A DNA stretch of 64,000 bases from Octopus vulgaris (Eukaryota), in NCBI GenBank assembly GCA_951406725.2, contig OX597843.1, positions 248,001-312,000 of the forward strand, given 5' to 3'. A program made the translations under genes and the position numbers. This document shows, one piece after another, positions 25,413 to 38,419 of the stretch (position 1 is the stretch's first letter; the number at the start of each line of letters is the position of its first letter). The notes beneath the pieces were generated by a model. That model was not told where the DNA came from. It saw only the letters and a program-made list of their open reading frames with translations, and ran no database searches.

Positions 25413-26795
25413 CCCAGGGCTAAATAATGACAAACACATCAGAAGATGTAGTCCTAGATATATTTGTGTCCGAATTAAAGGGTAGGATGATTGCAGGCTA
25501 TAGAAATTTGCTCATAGGTCTAGTGGATGTGGACAGACCTAGGGCTAAACAGTAACAGCAAAGAAGATGATGTGGACTACATTATGTCTCAGCAAAAGAC
25601 AAGATGACCACAGCTGGAATACTTTTGATCATGTGTCTGTTGGTTATGAACTGACTCGGGGTTAAACAACACTGACAAGGAATGACACATCAGATAATGT
25701 AGTCCTAGATACACTATGTCAGAATAAAAGACAGGGTGGTCACTCCTGTAACATCTTTGATCATAGGTCTGCTGGATCAGGAATGACCTAGGGTTAAAAA
25801 ACACCAACAAGGAAGGACACATTAGATGATGTAGACCTAGATACACTATGCCTAAATAAAAGACAGGATGGTCACGGCTGGAATACTTTGAAAATGGATC
25901 TGCTACATCAAGACTGACCTAGGGCTAAACAATAAAAAACAGGATGGTCATAGTTGGAACATTTTTGATCATAGGCGTGGTGGATCAGGACTGAACCAGG
26001 GTTAAACAACACTGACAAGGAATGACACATCAGGTAATGTAGTCCTAGATACACTATGTCTGAATAAAGGACAGGATGGTCACATCTGGAACATCTTTGA
26101 TCATAGGTCTGCTGGATCAGGAATGGCCCAGGGTTAAATGGACTAACACGGAAGGACACATTGGATAATGTAGTCCTAGATACACTATGTCTGAATACAA
26201 GACAGGATGGTCACATCTGGAACATCTTTGATCATAGGTCTGCTGGATCAGGAATGGCCCAGGGTTAAATGGACCAACAAGGAAGGACACATTGGATAAT
26301 GTAGTCCTAGATACACTATGTCTGAATACAAGACAGGATGGTCACAACTGGAATCGTTTTGATCATAGGTCTGCTGGATCAGGAATGGCCCAGGGTTAAA
26401 TGGACCAACAAGGAAGGACACATTGGATAATGTAGTCCTAGATACACAATGTCTGAATACAAGACAGGATGGTCACATCTGGAACATCTTTGATCATAGG
26501 TCTGCTGGATCAGGAATGGCCCAGGGTTAAATGGACCAACAAGGAAGGACACATTGGATAATGTAGTCCTAGATACACAATGTCTGAATACAAGACAGGA
26601 TGGTCACAACTGGAATCATTTTGATCATAGGTCTGCTGGATCAGGAATGGCCCAGGGTTAAATGGACCAACAAGGAAGAACACATTGGATAATGTAGTCC
26701 TAGATACACTATGTCTGAATACAAGACAGGATGGTCACATCTGGAATCGTTTTGATCATAGGTCTGCTGGATCAGGACTGCCTTGGGTTTAAACA
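25413..26795. repeat. Tandem satellite, 131-bp unit, about 10 copies
   Basis: GGGTTAAATGGA at 26131, 26262, 26393, 26524 and 26655; left copies more diverged. Confidence 0.9.
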
Positions 26796-27078
26796 AGAAC
26801 GCCAAGTTAAGCAACATAACCACAGCAGCAGCATCAGCTGTTGCCATGGTGATGTGTATCTTGTTTCGTGGTGTAGCACAGGGGCGTGGTGGCGCTAGTG
26901 GTGGGATGGAGATGATAGGACACGTCTGTCACATGGTGTGACAGACGGATCTGCCATTTGTGGTCATTGGAGGAAACTTGTGATGTAGAAGAGATGGACA
27001 GTGATAAAAGTGCTTATATGTGTGTGTGTGTGTGCATGTGAGTGTGTGTGTGTGTGCGTGTGTGTGTGTGTGCGTGCA

Positions 27079-27116
<38 letters not shown>

Positions 27117-27280
27117 TTTGTGTTTGTATGTGAGTGTGTGTGTGTGTGTGTGTGTGTGCGTGTGTGTGTATGTGTGTGCATGTGCGTGTGTGTGTGTGTG
27201 TGTGTGCGTGTGTGTAGGTATGTACATATGATATCATGTGTGCATGTATGTATGTACATATATATTTATATGCATACATG

Positions 27281-27320
<40 letters not shown>

Positions 27321-27685
27321 CACATATCTATGTGCATGTATTGATATGAGTGTGTGTGTGTGTATTTGTGTGTGTGTGTGTTTGAGTGTGTGTTTGTGTG
27401 TTTGTGTTTGTGTGTGTGTGTGTTTGTGTGTGTGTGTTTGTGTGTTTGTGTTTGTATGTGTGTGTTTGTGTGTGTGTTTGTGCATGTGTGTGTGTTTGTG
27501 TGTGTGTTTGTGTGTGTGTGTATATATATACACACATATACATACATATATGCACATATGCATGCACAAATTGATACACACAACACATACACATGTATAT
27601 ACATATATATACACGGTGAATTTGGTTATGTTATCTCAATTGTATAAATGAATGGATAGATAGATGGAGGCCTGGTGCAGTATGT

Positions 27686-27727
<42 letters not shown>

Positions 27728-27730
27728 ATG

Positions 27731-27767
<37 letters not shown>

Positions 27768-27807
27768 ATGTATATAATATATATATACATATATATATTA
27801 ATTATAT

Positions 27808-27971
27808 TGAGGTCAGTTACATGGTAAAGCCATATGCTACGAGATGTCAAATGACTCTAAAGCTACATTATTTATCACACAGGCAGCCTGTGTCTATGTG
27901 ATAAATAAAGTAGTTTTAGAGTCATTTGACATCTTCTTCTAGCATGTGATACTACCATGTAGTTGACCTCA
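27808..27971. repeat. Imperfect fold-back with arms of about 72 bp
   Basis: TGAGGTCA..TACATGGTA..AGATGTCAAATGACTCTAAA..TTATTTATCACA vs TGTGATAAATAA..TTTAGAGTCATTTGACATCT..TACCATGTA..TGACCTCA. Confidence 0.85.
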
Positions 27972-28074
27972 TTAATATTTTTTTAATAAATTATACACTC
28001 TGTATTAATTTATCCCTAAAAGGTTTCACATGCTAGATACTCGATAAAATCCTTAATTAATTATAATCCTTAAT

Positions 28075-28105
<31 letters not shown>

Positions 28106-28179
28106 TATATATAAATATGTATATATATATATGTACATATATATACATATATATATATATATGTATATATATGTATATA

Positions 28180-28237
<58 letters not shown>

Positions 28238-28286
28238 TATATGTATATATATATACATATTTATATATATATTATTATTATAATTA

Positions 28287-28932
28287 TTTTTTCTAGCGGT
28301 ATCGTATGAAATTGTCACCCATAATTATGACCCTAGTATCGATCTATTGCATTTTAATCTGTTTTAGGGTTAGGGTTAGTTAGGGTTAGTGTTGGGGGAG
28401 GGGGGTATCTTTTTTTCTTCAGAAATGTAAATAAACCCAATCTGTTTCTTAAACGAGGGACATATTCACTGCACAGAATGTTTTCACCTCAATAGACGTC
28501 ATTGATTGATTGAAATTGCAGAAATTGAAGAAGAAAAAAACAACAATTATCTTACAAACTATAGAATTTTCTCAATAAAGCCAAGAGAAAATGATGTTTT
28601 ATAAACACATTCTACCAGTATACGAAGTTTAAAAGTGTTTAGTTACGTGGAAATTATTTTAAAAAACTGCCGGTCAAACCGAAAAGATCCAAACGAGGGA
28701 CATATTCATATGGCACAGAATGTTTTCACCTCAATAGACGTCATTGATTGGTTGAAATTGCAGAAATTGAAAAAAAAAAACAACAACAAATATCTTACAA
28801 ACTATAGAATTTTCTCAATAAAGCCAAGAGAAAAAGATGTTTTATAAACACATTCTACCAGGATACGAAGTTTAAGATTTTTTAGTTACCTAGAAATTAT
28901 GTTAAAAACTGCCGTTCAAACCGAAAAGATCC
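28287..28932. mobile_element. GGATC-MITE with one half tandemly duplicated
   Basis: Terminus AAACCGAAAAGATCC occurs twice (ending at 28690 and 28932); AAACGAGGGACATATTCA segment repeated. Confidence 0.8.
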
Positions 28933-29393
28933 TAAATTTCTATGAAAGATTTCGCTCACACGAATGTAAGACGTTTATAATCTTAGCCGGAGAACCAGAA
29001 ATGAAATCAAAAACGTGAGCCTGAAGCAGTCGTCTCTGCACGTGTCGCTCACAAAAGGATTTTAGACATAAAGTTAAGTGTTTTCTTCACACTTTAGTTT
29101 CATATTTCAAATGATTTTATTTTTTCTGTTCTTGCAAACAACTTGCATCTGCAGGTGTTGCCAGTTGAAAACTCCGCATACCGGATGTTATTAAGCTTAT
29201 GGCGTCATCAGAAGAGAACGCCTGCCGTTTGGAGGTCTTCCTCTTGGCGGCATCATTGTGCTCCACCCTCATCCCTCACTGAACTTGCTACATCAACTGG
29301 TTACAAGTTATCTTTTAGCCATTGTTCATGGTTCCTTTTCAACCAAATCCAGTGGTTTTCCTTCTCTACTGTACTCATGATGGTATTTGCTTT

Positions 29394-29775
29394 GGAAGCA
29401 CTCCGTCGGTTACGACGATGAGGGTTCCGGTTGATCCGAATCAACGGAACAGCCTGCTTGTGAAATTAACGTGTAAGTGGCTGAGCACTCCACAGACACG
29501 TGTACCCTTAACGTAGTTCTCGGGGATATTCAGCGTGACACAGAGAGTGACAAGGCCGGCCCTTTGAAATACAGGTACAACAGAAACAGGAAGTAAGAGT
29601 GAGAGAAAGTTGTGGTGAAAGAGTACAGCAGGGATCACCACCATCCCTGCCGGAGCCTCGTGGAGCTTTTAGATGTTTTCGCTCAATAAACACTCACAAC
29701 GCCCGGTCTGGGAATCGAAACCGTGATCCTACGACCGCGAGTCCGCTGCCCTAACCACTGGGCCATTGCGACTCC
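29394..29775 (-). mobile_element. Full-length SINE family C
   Basis: Same element as 15347-15729; 12-bp TSD GGTATTTGCTTT at 29382-29393 and 29776-29787. Confidence 0.9.
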
Positions 29776-29894
29776 GGTATTTGCTTTACGATGAGGTAGG
29801 CCTAGCGACAACAACAATCACCTCACTCTGTGACCAACGAAGTCTCTCCATCCGACTTCCATGTATATATATATATTCAAACAGGGATTATTTC

Positions 29895-30280
29895 GGGTCT
29901 TTTCGGTTTGAACGGCAGTTTTTAACATAATTTCTAGGTAACTAAACACTTTTAAACTTCGTATACTGGTAGAAGGTGTTTATAAAACATCTTTTTCTCT
30001 TGGCTTTGTTGAGAAAATTCTATAGTTTGTGAGATATTTGTTGTTTCTTTTCTTCAATTTCTGCAATTTCAACCAATCAATGACGTCTATTAAGATGAAA
30101 AACATTCTATGCCGTATGAATATGTCCCTAGATACCCTTACCCCACCCCTAACCCTACCCTAACTAATCCTAACCCTAAAACAGATTGAAATGCAATAGA
30201 TCGATTCTAGGGTCATAATTATGGGTGACAATTTCATATGACACCGCTAGAAAAAACTGCCGGTCAAACCGAAAAGATCC
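29895..30280. mobile_element. GGATC-MITE, full copy with TSD (possibly Merlin-like)
   Basis: TIRs of about 28 bp beginning GG; perfect 8-bp TSD ATTATTTC at 29887-29894 and 30281-30288. Confidence 0.85.
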
Positions 30281-30593
30281 ATTATTTCAAACGAAAACCA
30301 AGTTCGGTTACAAGTGCATTACGTTGGAATTCAGAATTTGAATGTGTCGGTAGAGGTTGACACATTTTTCTTGCCGATCGGGATACATGTAATACCCCTA
30401 GTATGATCTTGTATCAGTTTGTATCTATAGGAATATTCATAAAAGGCGACAAAATATGTAAAACATAGGAAAATAACAAAACCAGACGGGAAAACGAGAA
30501 AAACATGGCTGGTTTTAGAAAACACCATCCCAGATAGATTATATTCCACGAATATAGGGAGGGTTAAGGGATCGTTTGATGCATCTACAAAAG

Positions 30594-30807
30594 GGATCTT
30601 TTCGGTTTGAACGGCAGTTTTTTCTAGCGGTGTCATATGAAATTGAAGAAAAAACAACATCAAATATCTTACAAACTATAGAATTTTCTCAATAAAGCCA
30701 AGAGAAAAAGATGTTTTATAAACACATTCTACCAGTATACGAAGTTTAAAAGTGTTTAGTTACGTGGAAATTATTTTAAGAAACTGCCGGTCAAACCGAA
30801 ATAATCC
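30594..30807. mobile_element. Internally deleted GGATC-MITE
   Basis: Both TIRs present, central part missing. Confidence 0.8.
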
Positions 30808-30913
30808 GAATATTCTCCTGTGAAACACTGGGGTCAATGTAATCGACTTAACCCCCCACCCTAAAAAAAAAATTTCGGGCCTTGTGTCTTTATTAGAAAG
30901 GATTATTATTATT

Positions 30914-31472
30914 ATTGAGTGGAAGAGCAGTGCATGCCATCAAAGTGACACTGGGGTAAAATATACGAAGCCCAGTATACCCATCATGACTACACGTCTG
31001 ATAAGGGTACACCAGGCACATGCATCACAACCATATGTGCGCGACATGGGGATCTCATATCAAGATAAACAGCACATGACCTTGCAGGTGGGGCTCAGTT
31101 AGAATTTTCTTCAGGTCGAGTAGCCCATCCTGCTCAAAAGGTCCCTTAATAAGGGTTGTTTAAGGATGTTGAACGACCCATCCATGTTTCCAAAGGTGAA
31201 TTGTCCAAACCCCAAAGAATCCCTCTCAACACATGGCTATGATGCTCCCCAACTACTTCTGCTCGTGATCAGAGATGCACATATCGTCAGCCACTAAGGG
31301 ACATGCTCAACTGGTTACGGTCAAACAACTGACAAGCAAATCTGTGGCATTGAACAGAATATTTGCTGTAGCCCATCTTTTATACCAAGACAAAACAATG
31401 TACATGATAACACTTCCAATCAGTTAAGATCAGAAGCCATGAGAGCCACTGTCTGGTATTGCATCAGGGAAT
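30914..31472. mobile_element. Unclassified dispersed repeat in (TTA)n; longer copy of 23124-23590
   Basis: Direct similarity, (TTA)n on both sides. Confidence 0.75.
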
Positions 31473-31496
31473 TGTTATTATTATTATTATTATTAT

Positions 31497-31692
31497 TTTA
31501 CTTGTTTCAGTCATCTGACTGCGGCCATGCTGGAGCACCGCCTTTAATCGAGGAAATCGACCCCGGGACTTATTCTTTGTAAGCCTAGTACTTATTTTAT
31601 CGGTCTCTTTTGCCGAAACGCTTGGTTACCGGGACGTAGACACACCAACATCTGTTGTCAAGCGATGGTGGGGCGGGACAAACATACACACA

Positions 31693-31762
<70 letters not shown>

Positions 31763-31920
31763 CGACGGGTTTCTTTCAGTTTCCGTCTACTAAATCCACT
31801 CACAATGGCTTTGGTTGGCCCGAGGCTATAGTAGAAGACACTTGCCCAAGGTGCCACGCAGTGGGACTGAACCCTGAACCATGTGGTTCGTAAGGAAGCT
31901 ACCTACCACACAGCCACCCC
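31497..31920 (-). mobile_element. SINE family A
   Basis: Tail, body, (CA)n and head matching 27-415. Confidence 0.85.
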
Positions 31921-32453
31921 TGGAGATAAAAGATATACATGTATGCTTTCTTTATGTCCGTCGGCATTGCATTTTGGCTAAGAATATAAATACCGTCGAG
32001 AAAACACAAGACCATTTGAGCTACTGCAAGTTCTAAGACACTGGCTTGTCTGTTATCCTTCTGTTATTGTCATCTGTTAAAAATGGTAATGAACTAGGTT
32101 GTTGACCTTCCCTGTTGGGGATATGTAAGCGACGACGTTAAAGTTCACAGTTAAGAATATCATACATATATAATGGAAACTGCAACAGTTGAACCAACAC
32201 AAATTATAAGTATGTATGTATGTATGTATGTATGTATGTATGTATGTATGTATGTATGTATGTATGTATGTATGTATGTCCATGATAGATCGTTAGCCAC
32301 TACACACATTTTTTTCTCTCCTTGTTTTCTGTGTACCTTTCGAGCGTAGGCTCGAAATGTAAAAGACTTTTTCTATTCCTGAGCGTTATACAAATACATC
32401 TGTTTGTTTTGTACACTACCTGTTTTCGTCTTTTGTTTTTTTCCGTAAACTCT

Positions 32454-32490
<37 letters not shown>

Positions 32491-32594
32491 TATACACATA
32501 TATATGCACGTATATGTACATATATATATATATATGTGTGTGTGTGTGTATAGATATGTATATAGACATTTATGTAAACAATTCTACATAAATG

Positions 32595-32680
<86 letters not shown>

Positions 32681-32836
32681 AATGTATACACATCTATTCA
32701 TACTTACATAAACGCATGCACACACACACATACCGTATGCATGCTTTTATATAGATAGTTATCGAAAGTATACATACATATTTCTGTAACGTAATAATTA
32801 TATACGTGTGTGTGTTTGTATGTGTGTGCGTGTGTT

Positions 32837-32887
<51 letters not shown>

Positions 32888-33354
32888 TACACACAAAACC
32901 AGAGCATTACAGAACGCGAAATCAATGCAGATGGAACTTTAAGTCTTCAAGTGGGAATGGACACGTAATTTAGATAAGTTTTCTCTTGTTCTTTAAAGCA
33001 TAAATCCTTTTAAAAGGGGCTTTTTACCCGAAACATCAAGCTGAATTAGATATTTCTGAAGTGACATTTAAATATATTCGGTATTGTTATTTCATTTTCT
33101 CAAATATTTACCTTTGAAACACTCCTCTCACAACCTGGGACCTTGAAGACTGCTTTAATGCAAGAAAGTATACTAGTCCCTTAATATTTGATATTCAATA
33201 TTTCATCTATTCAATAAGACAATCAATACTTCATTTCATTTTGCTATATATACTATTTATACTATATATTCTATATTCTACATTAATATTATAAAGAATA
33301 TAAATAAAACATAAAACACAGACAGATTTGAAATTCCTTTGAATTATATATATA

Positions 33355-33839
33355 TAAAATACAAAATGGGACAAGAACGCAAAACATCCGGACAACTAGG
33401 TGATACAAAAAGGGACAACGAAACATCCAGATAGACGATACAAAGAAAACAAGGACGGGTCATTCGAAGCTTTCTATCCTCAGTCAAGATCCGTACCATC
33501 CTCGCAATTTCGGCTGATTAATCTTGAGATTGCTCCAATCTGGCCAGCCCCAAGGAAAAACTAAGCTAAGAGCATTAGATTCCTTGGAAGCAAGCATCGA
33601 ATGTATACGTAAACAAGGACGGAAAAGTAGACGATGTTACACGAATATAAATACAAAATACAATAAAAATAATAACAATAATAATAACAGGACATAACAA
33701 CATATATATATATATATATATTAACCAGCTGAAATTGCGAGGATGATCCGGTTCTTGACTGAAGATTGAAGGCTTCGAATGTCCCGTCCGTATTTTTTGT
33801 ATCGTCTTCTAAATGTTTTTGGATCTTGTCCAAGTTTGT

Positions 33840-33893
<54 letters not shown>

Positions 33894-34232
33894 TACATAT
33901 ATATATATATATATATATTTGTTTTTTTCGTTTCATGTTCGTCTCTGTTGCGTTGCATTCTTTCCTTCTGGGGCTGGCCGATTCAGAGTGGATCTCATAA
34001 TTAAACAGCCGAAATCTGACTTATGTTCGTCCCTTCGTGTATTTCACGTTATTTATATATGTAAAGGTTTAATCTATATATATATATATATGTATGTATA
34101 AAAATTATATATAAAAATACAAAATGGGACAAGAACGCAAAATACACAAAGAGACGACACAAAAAACGGACGGGTCATTCGAAGCCTCTAATCTTCAGTC
34201 AGGAACCGGATCGTCCTCGCAATTTCGGCTGA
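33355..34232. mobile_element. Three copies of a short TA/CA-embedded repeat in alternating orientation
   Basis: AAAATACAAAATGGGACAAGAACGCAAAA...GGACGGGTCATTCGAAGC...CCTCGCAATTTCGGCTGA at about 33357 and 34115, inverted at about 33725-33848. Confidence 0.7.
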
Positions 34233-34256
34233 CACATACATACATACATACATACA

Positions 34257-34306
<50 letters not shown>

Positions 34307-34350
34307 CATACATACACATACATACATACATACATACACACACAGACACA

Positions 34351-34431
<81 letters not shown>

Positions 34432-34437
34432 TTATTT

Positions 34438-34518
34438 ATTTATTTTATAGAAGGAGCTTCTACAGGACTAGAACTGTTACAGTTCTAGTCCTGTAGAAGC
34501 TCCTTCTATAAAATAAAT
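34438..34518. repeat. Perfect palindrome with 40-bp arms and a 1-nt spacer
   Basis: ATTTATTTTATAGAAGGAGCTTCTACAGGACTAGAACTGT-T-ACAGTTCTAGTCCTGTAGAAGCTCCTTCTATAAAATAAAT. Confidence 0.95.
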
Positions 34519-34583
34519 TAATCTACTCTGCTATGTATTGAGTACCTTATTTACTGTGGTTAACCCCGACTCAACCCGGGACC

Positions 34584-34652
<69 letters not shown>

Positions 34653-34742
34653 TGCAGTGATTTAAGCAAACTGTAACATTGTTATACAACAGTTTCTTTT
34701 TTTAAATTTAAGGAGGAGAAAAGAAAAGGTGTTTGTACTCAC

Positions 34743-35630
34743 GTGGCGTCGAACAGTCTTGTAAATCATAAGATACACGGCAATGATAAAGAATGATGGG
34801 ATTAATATGGTGACCACGTAGATGAATAGTAAATAATCTAAATCCATGACTTCCAGAAAGAAACATCGAGGCACTTTCGGCCTGCCTTTGTTCCAGCCGA
34901 ACACGGGGAAAAGTCCAATGAGAGTGGAAAGTATCCAAGAGGTGCAAATGACGACGGCCGACGTTCGTTTGTTGACGGACCGTTTGTAGTGAAATGGTTT
35001 GAAGATGGCCCAATATCGGTCGACGGTGAGCGCGACCAGGGAGAGTATGGAGGCTGTGCAGAGGAGCATGAGTAAGGAGTTCATGAAGAGGCAGACGTTG
35101 AAGTCGCGGGGTAGTCCGACGTGGCCGAGGATGGCGAACGGGATGGCGAGCAGCCCGACCAGGAAGTCGGCGACGGCCAGGGAGATGATGTAGTAGTTGG
35201 AAGGGGTGCGCAGCGAAGCGAAGCGCACGAACACCACCAGGACGAACATGTTGCCGACGATCGTCGCCACGGCGACCAGCACCTCCAGGGCGATGTAGCT
35301 GGGCGCGGCGGCGGCGGCGGGAATCGCCGTCGGGTACGTCGTCGTCGCCGCCGCCATGGCCGAGGCCGCCGCCGCTGCCGCCGCCGCCGACGACTGCGGC
35401 GACGACGGCGGCGTCGACGGCGACGTCGAAGACGACGACGTCGAGGAGGAGGGGAAGAGCGAGGGCAAGAGCGACGGCAGCGAAGCGGGCGTCGAAGGCG
35501 ACGTTGAGATCTCCATGGGTACCTGACCTCCGTCCGCCGCCGCCGCCACTGCCGCCGCCGCTGCCGCTAGCGCCGCCGACGTCGCCGTTTGTCCTCCCCT
35601 GCTCTTTCGCAACTCTTCCCTCACCGACAT
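34743..35630 (-). CDS. AdoR: First coding exon (296 codons, N-terminus to TM5) of an adenosine receptor A2-like class A GPCR
   Basis: YIALEVLVAVATIVGN (TM1), SLAVADFLVGLLAIPFAI (TM2), CLF...DRYWAI (TM3), FGWN, CFFLEVM.LDY (ECL2) and IP...Y..IY (TM5) match adenosine receptors; phase-0 donor CAC|GTGAGT at 34742-34737; the ORF tail beyond it is intronic read-through; start codon choice (M1, M39 or M92) uncertain. Confidence 0.93.
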
Positions 35631-35950
35631 AACGCGTCAAAGTTCAAGAGCTTTGTTTTTTTGGGGGGGGGTTTTGTCTTTGGTTGTTAGTTCGTTTTTG
35701 CTGCTGTTCCTGCTGTTTCTGTTATTGTTGTTGTTGTCGCTGATGATGTGCCGTCGCGTTGTGTTCCGGCTCCTGTGCCGGCGGCTGACTTCTGCTTCTT
35801 TTAATTTTGTCACTGTTGCTGCTACTGCTGCTGCTGATACTAGTGGTAATGGTAGTGGTGGAGGTGGTGGTGGTGGTGATGCCTGTACTGTTTTTCTTGT
35901 CGCTACTGGTGGTGATGGTAGAGGTGATAGTGGTAGTGGTTGTAATGTTT

Positions 35951-36730
35951 AAGGCGGCAAGGTGGCAGAATCGTTAGCACGCTGGGCGAAATGCTAAGCG
36001 GTATTTCGTCTGCCGTTACGTTCTGAGTTCAAATTCCGCCGAGGTCGACTTTACCTTTCATCTTCTCAGGGCCGATAAATTAAGTAAAAGTTACGCACTG
36101 GGGTCGATGTAATCGACTTAATACCTATGTCTGTCCTTGTTTGTCCCTTCTGTGTTTAGCCCCTTGTGGGTAGTAAAGAAATAGGTATTTCGTCTGCCGC
36201 TACGTTGTGAGTTCAAATTCCGCCGAGGTCGACTTTGCCTTTCATCCTTTCGGGGTCGATAAATTAAGTACCAGTTACGCACTGGGGTCAATATAATCGA
36301 CTTAATACCTATGTCTGTCCTTGTTTGTCTCCTCTGTGTGTAGCCCCTTGTGGGTAATAAAGAAATAGGTATTTCGTCTGCCGCTACGTTCTGAGTTCAA
36401 ATACCGCCGAGGTCGACTTTGCCTTTCATCTTCTCAGGGCCGATAAATTAAGTAAAAGTTACGCACGGGGGACTATGTAATCGACATAATCCGTTTGTCT
36501 GTCCCCTCTGTGTTTAGCCCCTTGTGAGTAGTAAAAGAAATAGGTTTTTCGTCTGCTGTTACGTTCTGAGTTCAAATTCCGCCGAGGTCGACTTTGCCTT
36601 TCATCCTTTCGGGGTCGATAAATTAAAGTACCGGTTACGCACTGGAGTCGATGCAATCGACTTACTACCTATGTCTGTCCTTGTTTGTCCCCTCTGTGTT
36701 TAGCCCCTTGTGGGCAATAAAGAAATAGGT
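35951..36730 (+). mobile_element. SINE family B, one head plus four tandem body units of about 180 bp
   Basis: Units start GGTATTTCGTCTG at about 36000, 36184, 36368 and 36543. Confidence 0.88.
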
Positions 36731-37402
36731 AATGGTAGTGATGCCTGTACTAGTTTCCTTGTTGTCGCTTCTGGTGGTGGTGGAGGTGATAGTGGTGGTG
36801 GTTGTAATGACGAAGACGCGGTAATTGTTACTATTGATATTGTTGTTGTTGTTGTTGTTGGGGTGGTAGTTCTAGCAGCAAAGTTACCGCTATTGTTGTT
36901 GGTGGTGGCGATTATGATGCGATTCTTGTACAACTGCCGTGACGATCGTCATCGTGGCGCTGGTAGCGATGGTGGTAATGCTGATGGCTCTAGTGCTGTT
37001 GTTGCTGTTGTTGTTGTTGGTGGTGGTGGTGGTTGTGGTTGTTGTGGTGGTGAAGTTGTATTCGCATAACCGTGGCGGTGCTGGCGATGGTTTGCGGTGA
37101 CGGTTGTGACGGTGCTCTACTTGTTGTTGTTGTTGTTGTTGTTGTTGGCGATGGTGAAGAGGTGCTTGTGTAATTGTAGTGATGACGATGAAGTTGGTGG
37201 CAGTAGCGGTGGTAGCGATGGTGGTTGTGGCGGCGGCAGCGACGGCAGCGGTGGTGGCGGTGATGGTGGTTGTGGTGGTGGTGGTGGTGGCGGCGGTGTC
37301 ACTACCGATGGTTGCAATGGCGGTAGTGATGTAGATGGGTGTACAATGGTTGTAAATAACGGAGTTGCTGTTGTCTCTCGGACTGTGGTTTTGTGTAACT
37401 AG

Positions 37403-37442
<40 letters not shown>

Positions 37443-37471
37443 TAATAATAATAATAACAACAACAATAATG

Positions 37472-37508
<37 letters not shown>

Positions 37509-37561
37509 TAATAATAATAATAATAATGATAATAATAATAATAATAATAACAACAATAATG

Positions 37562-37607
<46 letters not shown>

Positions 37608-37660
37608 TAATAATAATAATAAATAATAATAATGATAACAACAACAACAACAACAATAAT
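37403..37660. repeat. (ATA)n microsatellite
   Basis: Direct inspection. Confidence 0.95.
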
Positions 37661-38419
37661 AACGCTAATATAACTATACTCACTCAGACACATGCACGCT
37701 CATCATACATACATACATACATACTCACTCAACACAGCATTCTCTGAACGCTTACACAGTCAGAAAATACAACACACTCTCACTCACGATGCACAACACA
37801 TCTCAGTAGTTACAACACTTGCAGAGAGACACCCTTGCTACACAACGCCTCACACAGCATCCGGCGAGACGGACTTTCACGCAACGACACACTCACTACA
37901 AAACAAAGACAATACAACTCACAGAACACACACAACACAATGAAATTCACTGAATATAATTCAACACACACACGCTTACAATGTACGTATCACAACACCT
38001 TAGATTATACAACGCTGTACAATCAAACACCAGGCATACGATACAACAAACACCACACAACGCTATAGAATGTCACATCACAACGAACGATGCACAACAC
38101 ATGCGATTAGAATTCAACGAACGCGACACAATACACACAACAGTGTAGTTACTATACAACACAATAAATAACTGTACTTATTACAATACAATACAACACA
38201 ACACAACACAATACTCATTCACAACAAAGAGCAGTGTCGGCAACAGAACACACGCGAACAAAATTCAACACAACACTACACAACCAAGCATACACAATAC
38301 AACATGTAGACTACAACATACGCTAGTTACTACACAAAACACAGTACTTGCAATACAACACAAAACACAATAGAACTATGCTCCGGAACACAACAAAGGC
38401 CCTACAACAGAACTATAGA

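Noticed and set aside
29143-29393. Unique-looking sequence as a possible second receptor exon
   Set aside because: No TM6/TM7 motifs seen on the minus strand, and it is interrupted by a SINE; more likely a decayed repeat
34662-34742. C-terminal 26 codons of the listed 322-aa ORF
   Set aside because: They follow a consensus GTGAGT donor and show no GPCR similarity; intronic read-through
34708-35640. 310-aa overlapping ORF in another frame on the receptor strand
   Set aside because: Starts at TTG, has low-complexity Gly/Arg/Val content, and is explained as a shadow of the GC-rich exon
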